Assembly: GCA_029864565.1 (NCBI GenBank)
Contig: JAOTTD010000002.1
Coordinates: 11,885 to 75,884 of the forward strand
Direction of reading: 5' to 3'
From: Thermoplasmata archaeon
Lineage (GTDB): Archaea; Thermoplasmatota; Thermoplasmata; UBA10834
DNA length: 64,000 nucleotides
Shown piece by piece: positions 8,557 to 17,401 of the stretch (positions are counted from its first letter, which is position 1; each line of letters opens with the position of its first letter). The position numbers were made by a program, and so were the translations under genes. A model generated the notes under the pieces. That model had not been told where the DNA came from and searched no databases. It saw nothing but the letters and a program-made list of their open reading frames with translations.

Positions 8557-9711
8557 ATGATGAGGAAGACTCCACTTCACGCGGAACATGTATCTGCTGG
8601 CGCCAGGATGGCCGAGTTCGCTGGCTGGGACATGCCGATAATGTACACATCGGTCATAGAGGAGCATCTGACGGTCAGGCAACGCTGCGGCATGTTTGAC
8701 GTGTCGCACATGGGCGACGTGATAATCCGCGGAGACGGCGCCGCGGAGCTCGTAGCGAAGCTCATGACCAACGACGTCGCCGACGCGCCTCTTGGAAGAT
8801 GCGTGTATTCCCACATGCTGGACGACGACGGGCACATCATCGATGACACTATCGCGACGCCGCTCGCCGTCGAGGAGTTCCTGATGGTGCCAAACGCAGC
8901 CACCACGAAGAGAGTCGTCGAATGGATCCGTTCGCGTTCAGACGGACAGGATGTCCTCGACCTCTCGAACGAGATTGCAACAATCGCTGTTCAGGGGCCT
9001 TCCGCAGGCTCAGTGATCGCCGATCTGACCGCTGCCAAGACCGAAGATATCCGCCCGTTCTGGGGCGCGTTCGTCGCCTTGGACAACGTTGCCTGGAGCG
9101 GACTTCCGTCGAGCTGGCTTTTCAAGGGCCGGGAATTCCTCGGAGATGGGAAGGGCGTCCATGTGTATCTGTCGAGAACTGGATACACTGGCGAGGATGG
9201 GTTTGAGATAGCGTGCGACAACGCAGCGGCCGTCGCGGTCTGGAGAGCGCTCATGGCTCATGGCGGAAGACGTGGCCTAAAGCCGACCGGCCTCGGGGCG
9301 AGGGATACTCTCAGGCTGGAGAAGGGGTTGCTTTTATCAGGCACGGATTTCGACGGCGCGCAGACGTCGCTGCAGACAGGGCCGCCCTGGGTGGTCAAGT
9401 TCGGGCATGAGTTCACAGGCAAGAAGGCTCTCGAGCAGCAGAAGTTGGCCGGCGGATACTCCAGACTGGTAGGCATCAGCATGCTGGGTCGAGGCATACC
9501 CAGGCATGGTTACGAAATCCAGTCTGGGTCCGCCGCCGTAGGCATGGTGACGAGCGGCACGATGTCCCCGGTGTTGAAGAGAGGCATAGCGCTCGGGTAT
9601 GTACCTCAGGACTGCTCTGAACCAGGGACAGAGGTGCGAATAAAGGTCAGGAACGACCTCGTCAACGCGGAGGTCGTCAAACCCCCTTTCGTCAAGAGGG
9701 AACGGAAATGA
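8557..9711 (+). CDS. gcvT: Glycine cleavage system T protein (aminomethyltransferase)
   Basis: TPLHAEHVSAGARMAEFAGWDMPIMY, CGMFDVSHMG, YLSRTGYTGEDGFEI, GLGARDTLRLEKGL. ATG 8557 is preferred over the listed GTG 8545. Confidence 0.9.
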   Translation: MMRKTPLHAEHVSAGARMAEFAGWDMPIMYTSVIEEHLTVRQRCGMFDVSHMGDVIIRGDGAAELVAKLMTNDVADAPLGRCVYSHMLDDDGHIIDDTIATPLAVEEFLMVPNAATTKRVVEWIRSRSDGQDVLDLSNEIATIAVQGPSAGSVIADLTAAKTEDIRPFWGAFVALDNVAWSGLPSSWLFKGREFLGDGKGVHVYLSRTGYTGEDGFEIACDNAAAVAVWRALMAHGGRRGLKPTGLGARDTLRLEKGLLLSGTDFDGAQTSLQTGPPWVVKFGHEFTGKKALEQQKLAGGYSRLVGISMLGRGIPRHGYEIQSGSAAVGMVTSGTMSPVLKRGIALGYVPQDCSEPGTEVRIKVRNDLVNAEVVKPPFVKRERK

Positions 9712-10748
9712 AGGAATTGATAGAGAAGATGATACGGATACCAGGGGTCTCCGGTTACGAGGATAGTATCCGGGAATACATAAGAGCGCAGGTCGAGTCA
9801 ATGGGAGCGACCATCGAGGAGGACAACATCGGCAACCTCATAGCGACCGTTGGCACAAAGGGACCACGCATAGTGTTCATAGCGCACATGGACGAGCTCG
9901 GCTTCGTCGTCACGAACATCGAGGAGGACGGCTCCCTCCGCATTCGAAAAGTAGGCGGGATCGACGACCGTACACTCGTTGGCAGGGTAGTGGAGATAGC
10001 TACTCAGAAGGGCACTGTGACCGGTGTGCTCGGCCTGAAACCACCACACCTCATGACCGAGAGCGACGACAGGAAGAAAGTCGTCAGCTGGGAGGATGTC
10101 AGAGTCGATGTGGGAACCCGTTCCAGGAAGGAGACGGAGAAGCTCGGCGTGCGCGTTCTGGACGCGATGGTCTTCAAGAAGGACATCGCCTACATCGGAA
10201 AGGACGTGATCTGCTCCAGGGGAGTGGACGACCGCGCGGGCTGCGCGATACTCCTCGACGCGCTAGAGAAGCTACGAGGCAAGAAACTCGCCGCGAGACT
10301 CACCTTCGTATGGAGCGTTCAGGAGGAGATAGGTCTCAGGGGCGCCAAGGTCATAGGCTTCCAGATGAAACCTGAGTACGTATTCGCGGTCGACACCATG
10401 ACGACGACAGACGGCCCCATGCAGGGGAACACCTACGAGAAGATACTGGTCGGCGGTGGACCCGCCCTTAGGATGTTCGATAGCGCGGCAATCGCATCGC
10501 CCAAGTTGAGGAAGATGATCGAGGGCATCGCGAAGAGGGCCAAGGTGCCACTCCAGTGCGGTTCTGGCGGCGGGGCAACGGACGGAGCCGCGATACAAGA
10601 GTTCGGAGCGCTCGTCATGCCAGTGGGCATACCGATGAAATACACCCACTCGCCGACGGAGTGCGCGAGCCTCAAAGACATGGGCAACACCTCGCGATTG
10701 CTGGTGTTGATAGCGGAGCACTTGTCGAAAGCGCCGAAGACGAGGTGA
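9708..10748 (+). CDS. M42 family metallo-aminopeptidase (TET/FrvX-like)
   Basis: IPGVSGYEDSIREYI, VFIAHMDELGFVV, SRGVDDRAGCA, FVWSVQEEIGLRGA. ATGA overlap with the gcvT stop. Confidence 0.88.
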   Translation: MKELIEKMIRIPGVSGYEDSIREYIRAQVESMGATIEEDNIGNLIATVGTKGPRIVFIAHMDELGFVVTNIEEDGSLRIRKVGGIDDRTLVGRVVEIATQKGTVTGVLGLKPPHLMTESDDRKKVVSWEDVRVDVGTRSRKETEKLGVRVLDAMVFKKDIAYIGKDVICSRGVDDRAGCAILLDALEKLRGKKLAARLTFVWSVQEEIGLRGAKVIGFQMKPEYVFAVDTMTTTDGPMQGNTYEKILVGGGPALRMFDSAAIASPKLRKMIEGIAKRAKVPLQCGSGGGATDGAAIQEFGALVMPVGIPMKYTHSPTECASLKDMGNTSRLLVLIAEHLSKAPKTR

Positions 10749-11821
10749 CCGCTCTGCGCGCGAAAGCCGAGGAGCTGCTGAAACGACTGGTCAGGCTCAA
10801 GAGCGCCGAAGACGACGACGCCCTGCCTCTTGCGAAGTTCGTCTCCGATTACCTGGTCGGCCTCGGACTCGAGCCCAGCCGACACGGGGACGCTGATAAG
10901 CCGGCCTTGTTCGCCAGAACTGGCAACGGCGGGGTCGTCCTATCTGGGCATCTGGACACAGTTCCAAAAGGCAAGGGCTGGACGAAGCAGCAGGCCGAAG
11001 TCTTGGACGGCGTCATGTATGGCAGGGGTGCGGCGGACATGAAAGGCGGATGCGCCGCGATACTCCTGGCAGCAGAGGAACTCGCCAAGGAAGAGACGCC
11101 GTTCGCGGTCTGCTTGACACTAGATGAGGAGATATCGATGAATGGGGCCCTCGCAATCGCCCAGGCGGGCCTTCTCAGAGATGCCCCTGCGGTCCTTGTC
11201 GCAGAGCCAACCGCCTTCGACATAGTCGTGCGAGAGAAGGGGCTGATTCAGTTCGCCATCAAGACCACGGGCAAGAGTGCCCATGCTAGCATGCCTATGC
11301 TCGGGGAAAACGCCGTCACCAAGATGACGGCGCTCCTGCAGAGAATCGGTGACCTCCAGAAAATACCGGAGAACCCGTTCGAGGAGCTCACCCTGTGTGT
11401 AAGCAAGATCTCAGGCGGGACACAGGTCAATGTCATCCCGGACAGCTGCGAGGCAGAGGTGGATTCGCGATTCCCTCCGGACATGACGGGCGAGGGGGTT
11501 CTTGATCTGGTCAGAGAGAGACTCGGTGAGGCGAAGTACGAGCTGAAAACCTTGCACCTGCTGGAGCCGGTGGAGACCGATCCAAACCTTCAGGCGGTGA
11601 AAGTCCTGCACGATGTGGTTGGCGAAGAGGCGCAGATTCTGAGCTTTCCGTATGCCACTGAGATGGTGATGTTCAAGAGGGACAACTCGGCACTGATGGT
11701 CTGCGGTCCGGGTGAGCCTACCCAGGCTCATGTGACAGACGAACGCATCAAGATCGACCAGGTCGTCATTGCGGCAGGCATCTATCGAAATTACTGCAGA
11801 CGCATGGCGGACCGGGGATGA
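10745..11821 (+). CDS. M20 family peptidase (ArgE/DapE/acetylornithine deacetylase-like)
   Basis: LSGHLDTVP, YGRGAADMKGG, CLTLDEEISMNG, AEPT. GTG 10745 is chosen as start (GTGA overlap with the upstream stop). The listed 10556 start lies inside the M42 gene. Confidence 0.85.
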   Translation: MTALRAKAEELLKRLVRLKSAEDDDALPLAKFVSDYLVGLGLEPSRHGDADKPALFARTGNGGVVLSGHLDTVPKGKGWTKQQAEVLDGVMYGRGAADMKGGCAAILLAAEELAKEETPFAVCLTLDEEISMNGALAIAQAGLLRDAPAVLVAEPTAFDIVVREKGLIQFAIKTTGKSAHASMPMLGENAVTKMTALLQRIGDLQKIPENPFEELTLCVSKISGGTQVNVIPDSCEAEVDSRFPPDMTGEGVLDLVRERLGEAKYELKTLHLLEPVETDPNLQAVKVLHDVVGEEAQILSFPYATEMVMFKRDNSALMVCGPGEPTQAHVTDERIKIDQVVIAAGIYRNYCRRMADRG

Positions 11822-11833
11822 CGGTCAATCCGG

Positions 11834-13123
11834 TCACGGATATACCCTAGCTACCGTTCTTGGGAACGGAATTGAATCGCGGATGTGCTCCAGCTTGCAG
11901 ACCCAGGTGACCATGCGCTCCAGGCCAAGGCCGAATCCGGAGTGAGGAACAGATCCGTACTTTCTGAGGTCGAGGTACCACTGATAGTTGTCCAGGCTCT
12001 CGCCTTTGTCCTTTAGTCTCTCAATCATGAGAGCGTTGTCTGTCTCCCTCTCGCTTCCGCCGATGATTTCCCCATACCCCTCTGGCGCCAGCAGGTCGCT
12101 GTTTTTGTATGTCCTTGGATCGTCGGGGTTCCCCTTCATGTAGAACGGCTTTAGTTCCTTCGGGTAATTCACAATGAACAGCGGAGTCTCCCTGTCCTTG
12201 GTCAGCGCTCGCTCTTCAACTGCTCCTAGGTCCGAACCCCACAGGGCATCGAAGCCGTTCTTCTGCAGGTATTCCATGGCCTCCGCATATGGCATTCTGT
12301 CGAACGGGGGCGCGATCTTCCTCAGGGTGGCTGGATCCCGCCCGAGGAGCTGCAATTCAGCGGGGCATTCGTCGGCCGCACATTCCAGCATCGCTGCCAC
12401 GAGCTCCTCCTGCACCTTCATGTTGCCTTCATTGTCGACCCAAGCGGCCTCCATCTCGAGGTGCCAATACTCGGCCAGATGCCTCGGAGTGCGGGATTTT
12501 TCAGCCCTGAACGAGGGCGTGAGAGTCCAGACCCGCTCACAGGAGAATATCAGCGATTCGAGGTAAAACTGCGCGCTCTGAGAGAGGAATGCTATCCTGT
12601 CGAAGTACTTGATTTGGAACAGCTGTGTGCTGTCTTCAGATGCGACGCCTGTGATCATCGGAGGCGTCACCTCCACATAGTCGTTCTCGTGGAACCATTC
12701 TCTTCCACCGCGAAGCATGGCAGCTTTGACCCGCATCACCGCCGTCTGTTCGCGTGAACGAATCCAGAGATGGCGCTGGTCGAGGAGCAGCTCCGTGCTC
12801 TGGTATTCGGTTATGGGGAACGGTTCGGAGAACGCGACCACTTTGAACCCAGAGGCGCGTATCTCGAGCCCGCCTGGTGCGCGATTGTCCTCTGCCAGCG
12901 TTCCCTGAACCTCTACCGCGGATTCGATTCCAGCATTGGACGCGGATTCGAAATCTCCGTCGGAAACGGTTCCCTTCTTGACGGTCGTCTGGACAATCCC
13001 TGTCGAGTCCCTGATGACTGCGAATACAATGCCGCCGCTGCTACGGGTCCTGTATATCCAGCCCCTTATTCTCACTGGCATATCCAGCGAATCTCCGGAC
13101 AGGACCTGCTTGATGGATTGCAT
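11834..13123 (-). CDS. asnS: Asparaginyl-tRNA synthetase (class IIb)
   Basis: N-terminal OB fold (VRIRGWIYRTRSSGGIVFAVIRD), motif 2 FRAEKSRTPRHLAEYWHLEME, GEIIGGSERE, and motif 3 GFGLGLERMV. The AsnRS-type KELKPFYMK string is present. Confidence 0.9.
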   Translation of the reverse strand: MQSIKQVLSGDSLDMPVRIRGWIYRTRSSGGIVFAVIRDSTGIVQTTVKKGTVSDGDFESASNAGIESAVEVQGTLAEDNRAPGGLEIRASGFKVVAFSEPFPITEYQSTELLLDQRHLWIRSREQTAVMRVKAAMLRGGREWFHENDYVEVTPPMITGVASEDSTQLFQIKYFDRIAFLSQSAQFYLESLIFSCERVWTLTPSFRAEKSRTPRHLAEYWHLEMEAAWVDNEGNMKVQEELVAAMLECAADECPAELQLLGRDPATLRKIAPPFDRMPYAEAMEYLQKNGFDALWGSDLGAVEERALTKDRETPLFIVNYPKELKPFYMKGNPDDPRTYKNSDLLAPEGYGEIIGGSERETDNALMIERLKDKGESLDNYQWYLDLRKYGSVPHSGFGLGLERMVTWVCKLEHIRDSIPFPRTVARVYP

Positions 13124-13201
13124 CCAGATGCTGAAGCTCCAGACCGAATATAAGACCTTCGGAACCGTAGGAAGCGACTTATCGGTGAAGCAGTCTTACG
13201 A

Positions 13202-13684
13202 TTGACCGTGAGGATAAGGCTGGCGCGGCTGGACGATCTCCCATCGATAATGCACACCGAGAACTCGTGCTTCGGTGAGGAAAGCTTCGACACGAGCGTT
13301 GTACACGCCTTCCTAGTTCGAAAGGATTCCTTCGTCCTGGTGGCCGTTGACGACGCGAGTGTCATAGGCGTCGCCATGTGCCACTGCTCCGAGCGGCTCT
13401 CCCGAGGCAGGATCGCCTCCGTGGCAGTGGTGGGCAATCACCAGGGCAAGGGCGTTGGCACGACGCTCATCGAAGCTTGCGAAAGAGAGTTCCGCAAGAG
13501 GGGCATAACCAGATTCACATTGGAGGCCGCATTGGACAACGTGCGAGCCGTAAGGACCTACCTGTCGAACGGCTATCGAATAATGTGCACGATCAACGAC
13601 TACTACTCCCACGGCAGGGGAGCGTACTACATGGAGAAGGATGTCACCATGGAGGGAAAGAGAGTCAAGGTCAAGGTCTCCTGA
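13202..13684 (+). CDS. GNAT family N-acetyltransferase (RimI-like)
   Basis: Acetyl-CoA motif A: IASVAVVGNHQGKGVGTTLIEACEREFRKRG. Start is TTG 13202 or GTG 13208. The 3' end overlaps the ileS 3' end convergently by 14 nt. Confidence 0.8.
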   Translation: MTVRIRLARLDDLPSIMHTENSCFGEESFDTSVVHAFLVRKDSFVLVAVDDASVIGVAMCHCSERLSRGRIASVAVVGNHQGKGVGTTLIEACEREFRKRGITRFTLEAALDNVRAVRTYLSNGYRIMCTINDYYSHGRGAYYMEKDVTMEGKRVKVKVS

Positions 13685-16600
13685 CGGAGACCTCGAACGG
13701 CATTTGGTTGATGGCCCAGACCTTGCCGCCATCAACGGCGGTTTTGCTCGTAAGGCTGCTCGCGTTCGTGTCTCTCAGTATGTTCGCCTCATATGCGGAG
13801 ATGGCTCTCTCAATCTCAGGATGGGCGACATACTCTACCTCCACTAGCTCCCCGAATTCAAGCCCCATCTCCTTCCGCATGTGCTGTATTCGCCTCACGA
13901 CCTCTCTCGATAGGCCTTCCAATTTGAGCTTGGAGCGCATCGCGGTGGACATGTACACGTGCACGACACCGATGCTGGCATGTGAGTATCCCGACTTCTC
14001 CTTCTCGGAGACGATCACATCCTCTTCAGATATATCGAAACCGCCTATACGTATCCTACCTGAAGCGGCTAGGTGTTTCGCCATCTCGTTGCCATCGATC
14101 AGCTCCATCAACTTCGCGACCTCAGCAGCCGATTCCTTCAGACGAGGGCCGAGCGCGCGAAGGTTGGGGGCGAGAGCGTATTCTATCATGGACTCCCTCG
14201 ACTCGATGCACTCGACTCGTTTCACATTCAACTCGTCGGCGATCATCCGCTCATATCGTCTGAGCACCCACATGCCATCCTCTCCCGCAGCGATGACCGC
14301 CTCCTCCAATGGCTGTCTCAACTTGATACCCGCCTTCTGTCGCGCGAGACGTCCGGCTTCTACCGCTTGGCGTACGAGAGACATCTGTGACTCGAGGACG
14401 CGGTTGACAGCGTCGCGGTCGGCGACGGGATAGTCCTCGAAATGCACGCTGTCAAGAGGGCCTCTCAGGCTCTTGTACAGTCCTTCTGAGAGGAACGGCG
14501 TTATCGGGGCCATGGCCTTCGATACCGTCCTGAGGCACTCGTGCAACGTGCTATATGCAGAAAACCGGTCTTCGGGATCGCTCTCCTGGAGGAACCTCCG
14601 CCGTGAGCGCCTCAGGAACCAGTTGCTCAGGTCGTCAACGAAGGCGGTTATGGCTCGAACCGCCCTGTGCACCTCAAGCGACTCGAACGCTCTTCTCGAC
14701 TCCATGACGGTTGTGTTGAGGCGGGAGGTGATCCACACGTCGAGATCGTGGGTTTTCCTCGGGAGTGACTCGCCCCTGTATCCTATGCGATTGGAATTGG
14801 TTGCGAAGAACGAATACACGTTCAGTAGTGTGGTCAGAGTACGTATCATGCTTTGTCGGACGTTTTCTTTGGAGAACTCGACTCCCTGCCATACGGGCGC
14901 GCTCAGCAAGTACAGCCTTGACGCGTCCGCTCCGACAGTCGAGAACACCTCGTCAGGATAGACAAGTGCTCCACCGGGGGCTCCGATCTTCCTCCCCTTA
15001 TCGTCAGAGACCTGACCCATGACCAGAACGGACTTAAAGGCTGGTGAATCGAACAGAAGCGTTGCCAGGACATGCTGCGTATAGAACCAGCCACGGGTTT
15101 GGTCTGCGGACTCGCTTATGAAATCGACCGCGCGGTGAACATCGAATTCCTCCATGTTCTCAAATGGGTAATGGTACTGGGCGAAAGGCGCGCATCCCGA
15201 GTCGAACCAACAATCGAGGACGTATATCTCCCTGGTCATCGAAGCGTCGCATTCCGGGCATCTCAGATGGACCGCGTCGACGTAGGGCCGATGCAGATCC
15301 ATGTTCGCCGGTACCGGATCAATGGAGTGCTGTTTGAGCTCCTCCACGCTACCGACGCACAGCTCGTGGCCCGAAGCGCACCTCCATATTGGCAGAGGAG
15401 TGCCCCAGTACCGCGAGCGGCTGACCACCCAATCCTTGGCCTCGTTGACGAAGTTGCCGAAACGGCCACGTTTATACGAGCTTGGAACCCAGCGTATCTC
15501 CTCATTTATCTCCCGCATTCTCTCGCGAGCGCCTGCGGCGGCAACTATCCAGACGTCCATCGGCCTGTATATCAGAGGCGTGTCGCACCTCCAGCAGAAC
15601 GGATAGGAATGGCGTATGAGCCCCCACTTGAAAAGGCGGCCAGACGATTCCAGCATGCGAATGATCTCAGCGTCGGAATCGCCTGCCACCTGCCCATTGA
15701 GCTCAGGGATGGCGTCGGTGAATCTGCCAGAGTCGTCCACAGGGTCGAATATCTCGCTGCCCTTCTCCAGGGCGATGTCGTAGTCTGCCGTTGCATATGC
15801 TGGAGATATCTGAACGACCCCGGTTCCGTCCGATTCAGGGACCTCGTCCGAATGAACTATCTTGAAGGCGTTATCACCGCCCTTCGAGAATTCGAACAGC
15901 GGCTCGTACTCTCTTCCGAGGAGCGACCCGCCGCTGATCGTCTCGATCACCCTTGCCCCAGGCAGCAGCCTCTCGGCGTGAACGCGTCCGAGTGTGAATC
16001 TCTCCCCGTCGACCTCGACCACGACATATTCCCAGTCCTTTCGGACAGCGAGGAATGTGTTCGCCACGAGAGTCCACGGACTAACCGTGTAGGAGAGTAT
16101 GCTGGCATCCATACCCTTGATCTTGAACCGTGCTATCACACTCCTATCCTCAGTGTCCTTGAACCCGAGCGCAACTTCGTGGCTGCTCAGTGTCGTGCCA
16201 CACCGGTAGCAGTACGGCGCCACGTGGCGGCCCATAGTTAGCAGTCCGTTCGAATGAAGTTTTTTGATGGCCCACCACACGCTCTCGATATACTCGTTCG
16301 ACATCGTCAGGTATGCGTTGTCGTAGTCGAGCCAGTAGCCGATCCTCTGGCTCATCTGCTCCCACTCCACCTTGAACCTGACGACCCTCTCCCTACATAG
16401 GGCGTTGAACTCTTCGATCCCGTACGATTCAATCTCAGCCTTGGTCTTGAGGGCGAGATCCCTCTCCACCTCGATCTCCACAGGCAGGCCGTGGCAGTCC
16501 CAGCCCGCGATGTACGGGACTATCTTTCTGCCGTTCATCATCTCGTAGCGCAGGCACGCGTCCTTAACCGCGCGCGGTAGAGCGTCCCCTATGTGGGGGC

Positions 16601-16763
16601 GGTTCCTCGTGGTGGGCGGGCCTTCGCAGAACACGAACGGGGCACTCGAGGCCATGCGGTTCACCGCCTTCTGATGTACGTCCCGGTCCCGCCAGTAGGA
16701 GAGTATCTCCTCCTCAAGCATGGGGAATGTCTCCCCAGCAGGTTCCCGATAGTACTTTGTCAT
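13671..16763 (-). CDS. ileS: Isoleucyl-tRNA synthetase homologue with non-canonical HIGH/KMSKS positions
   Basis: 1030 aa, collinear with archaeal IleRS: CEGPPTTRNRPHIGD, GWDCHGLPVEIEVE, PYCYRCGTTLSSHEVA, SPWTLVANTFLAV, CWRCDTPLIYR, CPECDASM, DCWFDSG. The signature motifs deviate (see findings). Confidence 0.9.
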   Translation of the reverse strand: MTKYYREPAGETFPMLEEEILSYWRDRDVHQKAVNRMASSAPFVFCEGPPTTRNRPHIGDALPRAVKDACLRYEMMNGRKIVPYIAGWDCHGLPVEIEVERDLALKTKAEIESYGIEEFNALCRERVVRFKVEWEQMSQRIGYWLDYDNAYLTMSNEYIESVWWAIKKLHSNGLLTMGRHVAPYCYRCGTTLSSHEVALGFKDTEDRSVIARFKIKGMDASILSYTVSPWTLVANTFLAVRKDWEYVVVEVDGERFTLGRVHAERLLPGARVIETISGGSLLGREYEPLFEFSKGGDNAFKIVHSDEVPESDGTGVVQISPAYATADYDIALEKGSEIFDPVDDSGRFTDAIPELNGQVAGDSDAEIIRMLESSGRLFKWGLIRHSYPFCWRCDTPLIYRPMDVWIVAAAGARERMREINEEIRWVPSSYKRGRFGNFVNEAKDWVVSRSRYWGTPLPIWRCASGHELCVGSVEELKQHSIDPVPANMDLHRPYVDAVHLRCPECDASMTREIYVLDCWFDSGCAPFAQYHYPFENMEEFDVHRAVDFISESADQTRGWFYTQHVLATLLFDSPAFKSVLVMGQVSDDKGRKIGAPGGALVYPDEVFSTVGADASRLYLLSAPVWQGVEFSKENVRQSMIRTLTTLLNVYSFFATNSNRIGYRGESLPRKTHDLDVWITSRLNTTVMESRRAFESLEVHRAVRAITAFVDDLSNWFLRRSRRRFLQESDPEDRFSAYSTLHECLRTVSKAMAPITPFLSEGLYKSLRGPLDSVHFEDYPVADRDAVNRVLESQMSLVRQAVEAGRLARQKAGIKLRQPLEEAVIAAGEDGMWVLRRYERMIADELNVKRVECIESRESMIEYALAPNLRALGPRLKESAAEVAKLMELIDGNEMAKHLAASGRIRIGGFDISEEDVIVSEKEKSGYSHASIGVVHVYMSTAMRSKLKLEGLSREVVRRIQHMRKEMGLEFGELVEVEYVAHPEIERAISAYEANILRDTNASSLTSKTAVDGGKVWAINQMPFEVSVRRP

Positions 16764-16882
16764 CTCCGTGACTCCTCCAAAACGGAAATCTTCAACTCGG
16801 CAATGGGCAAGCTAGAATCAGCTAATGATAGCTATAATGAACGTTAGTGCCGAGTTCATCGAAACGCTTGCAGTGCCCAGAT

Positions 16883-16894
16883 TGTATATAATAC
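16883..16894. promoter_or_regulatory. Strong TATA-like element in the ileS / RAM-domain intergenic region (copy 1)
   Basis: tgtatataatac. It could serve ileS on the minus strand (~120 nt upstream of ATG 16763) or a plus-strand transcript. Same tatataata core as the copy at 17006-17017. Confidence 0.3.
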
Positions 16895-17005
16895 TTGGCC
16901 GAAGCGAGCCTTGATGAACCATTCGCGCAAGTACTGGCCGCTAGCCACATACTCGAGCGGGCGTGTCCCTGGCCACTCAAAACGCAAAGAATCGGCGCGA
17001 GAAAG

Positions 17006-17017
17006 TTCTATATAATA
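17006..17017 (+). promoter_or_regulatory. Strong TATA-like element (copy 2) with purine-rich BRE-like flank
   Basis: gaaag-ttctatataata followed by gaggagg, ~75 nt upstream of the unlisted small ORF at 17089. Confidence 0.3.
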
Positions 17018-17088
17018 GAGGAGGCATAGCGCGGCACCGTGCATACCATGGCCAGGGTCGGTACCCAAGGCCGATGGGGTGAACACGA

Positions 17089-17259
17089 ATGGAAGAACCC
17101 TTGTGCAACGTGGAGTTTCTGAAGAGCAGCGCCGCATATGTGGCTAGAGTTCAGAGCGATCTGGGCGGGATGCGCGAGTACCGAAGCACGAGCCTCGAGG
17201 AAATCCTGGAACAGGTCATCATAGACCTTCAAGAGGAGTTTGAGGGAGCACGACTCTGA
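17089..17259 (+). CDS. Candidate small protein (56 aa), not in the ORF track
   Basis: Own translation: MEEPLCNVEFLKSSAAYVARVQSDLGGMREYRSTSLEEILEQVIIDLQEEFEGARL. In-frame TGA 9 nt upstream of the ATG; stop TGA at 17257-17259. Acidic helical C-terminus. No homology recognised. Confidence 0.25.
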   Translation: MEEPLCNVEFLKSSAAYVARVQSDLGGMREYRSTSLEEILEQVIIDLQEEFEGARL

Positions 17260-17401
17260 AGCCGGCGTGAATGCGCACAGCAGCATGCACGGGGTTGGTT
17301 GCCGACGCTTCCAGGCACGCCCATGTTCATCCAGAAGACTTGGGATACCACCGTAAGCCAAGCCATTGCTGGATCGATACTAGACGCCAGGGGGCGTTCG
17401 C

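Noticed and set aside
10556-10744. Upstream 63 codons of the listed 421-aa ORF for the M20 peptidase
   Set aside because: This part lies inside the M42 peptidase gene in another frame and reads as low-complexity Arg-rich sequence. The in-frame GTG at 10745 gives a normal M20 N-terminus and a GTGA coupling overlap.
15072-16241. 389-aa plus-strand ORF (and 13378..14433, 351 aa) inside ileS
   Set aside because: Both are antisense to the well-supported IleRS homologue. Their sequences are Arg/Pro/His/Ser-rich with no family features.
17197-17209. gaggaaatcctgg, resembling the RNase P RNA CR-I motif GAGGAAAGUCC
   Set aside because: It is an imperfect match (missing the G). None of the other conserved RNase P blocks are visible nearby. 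The string also lies inside the candidate small ORF.
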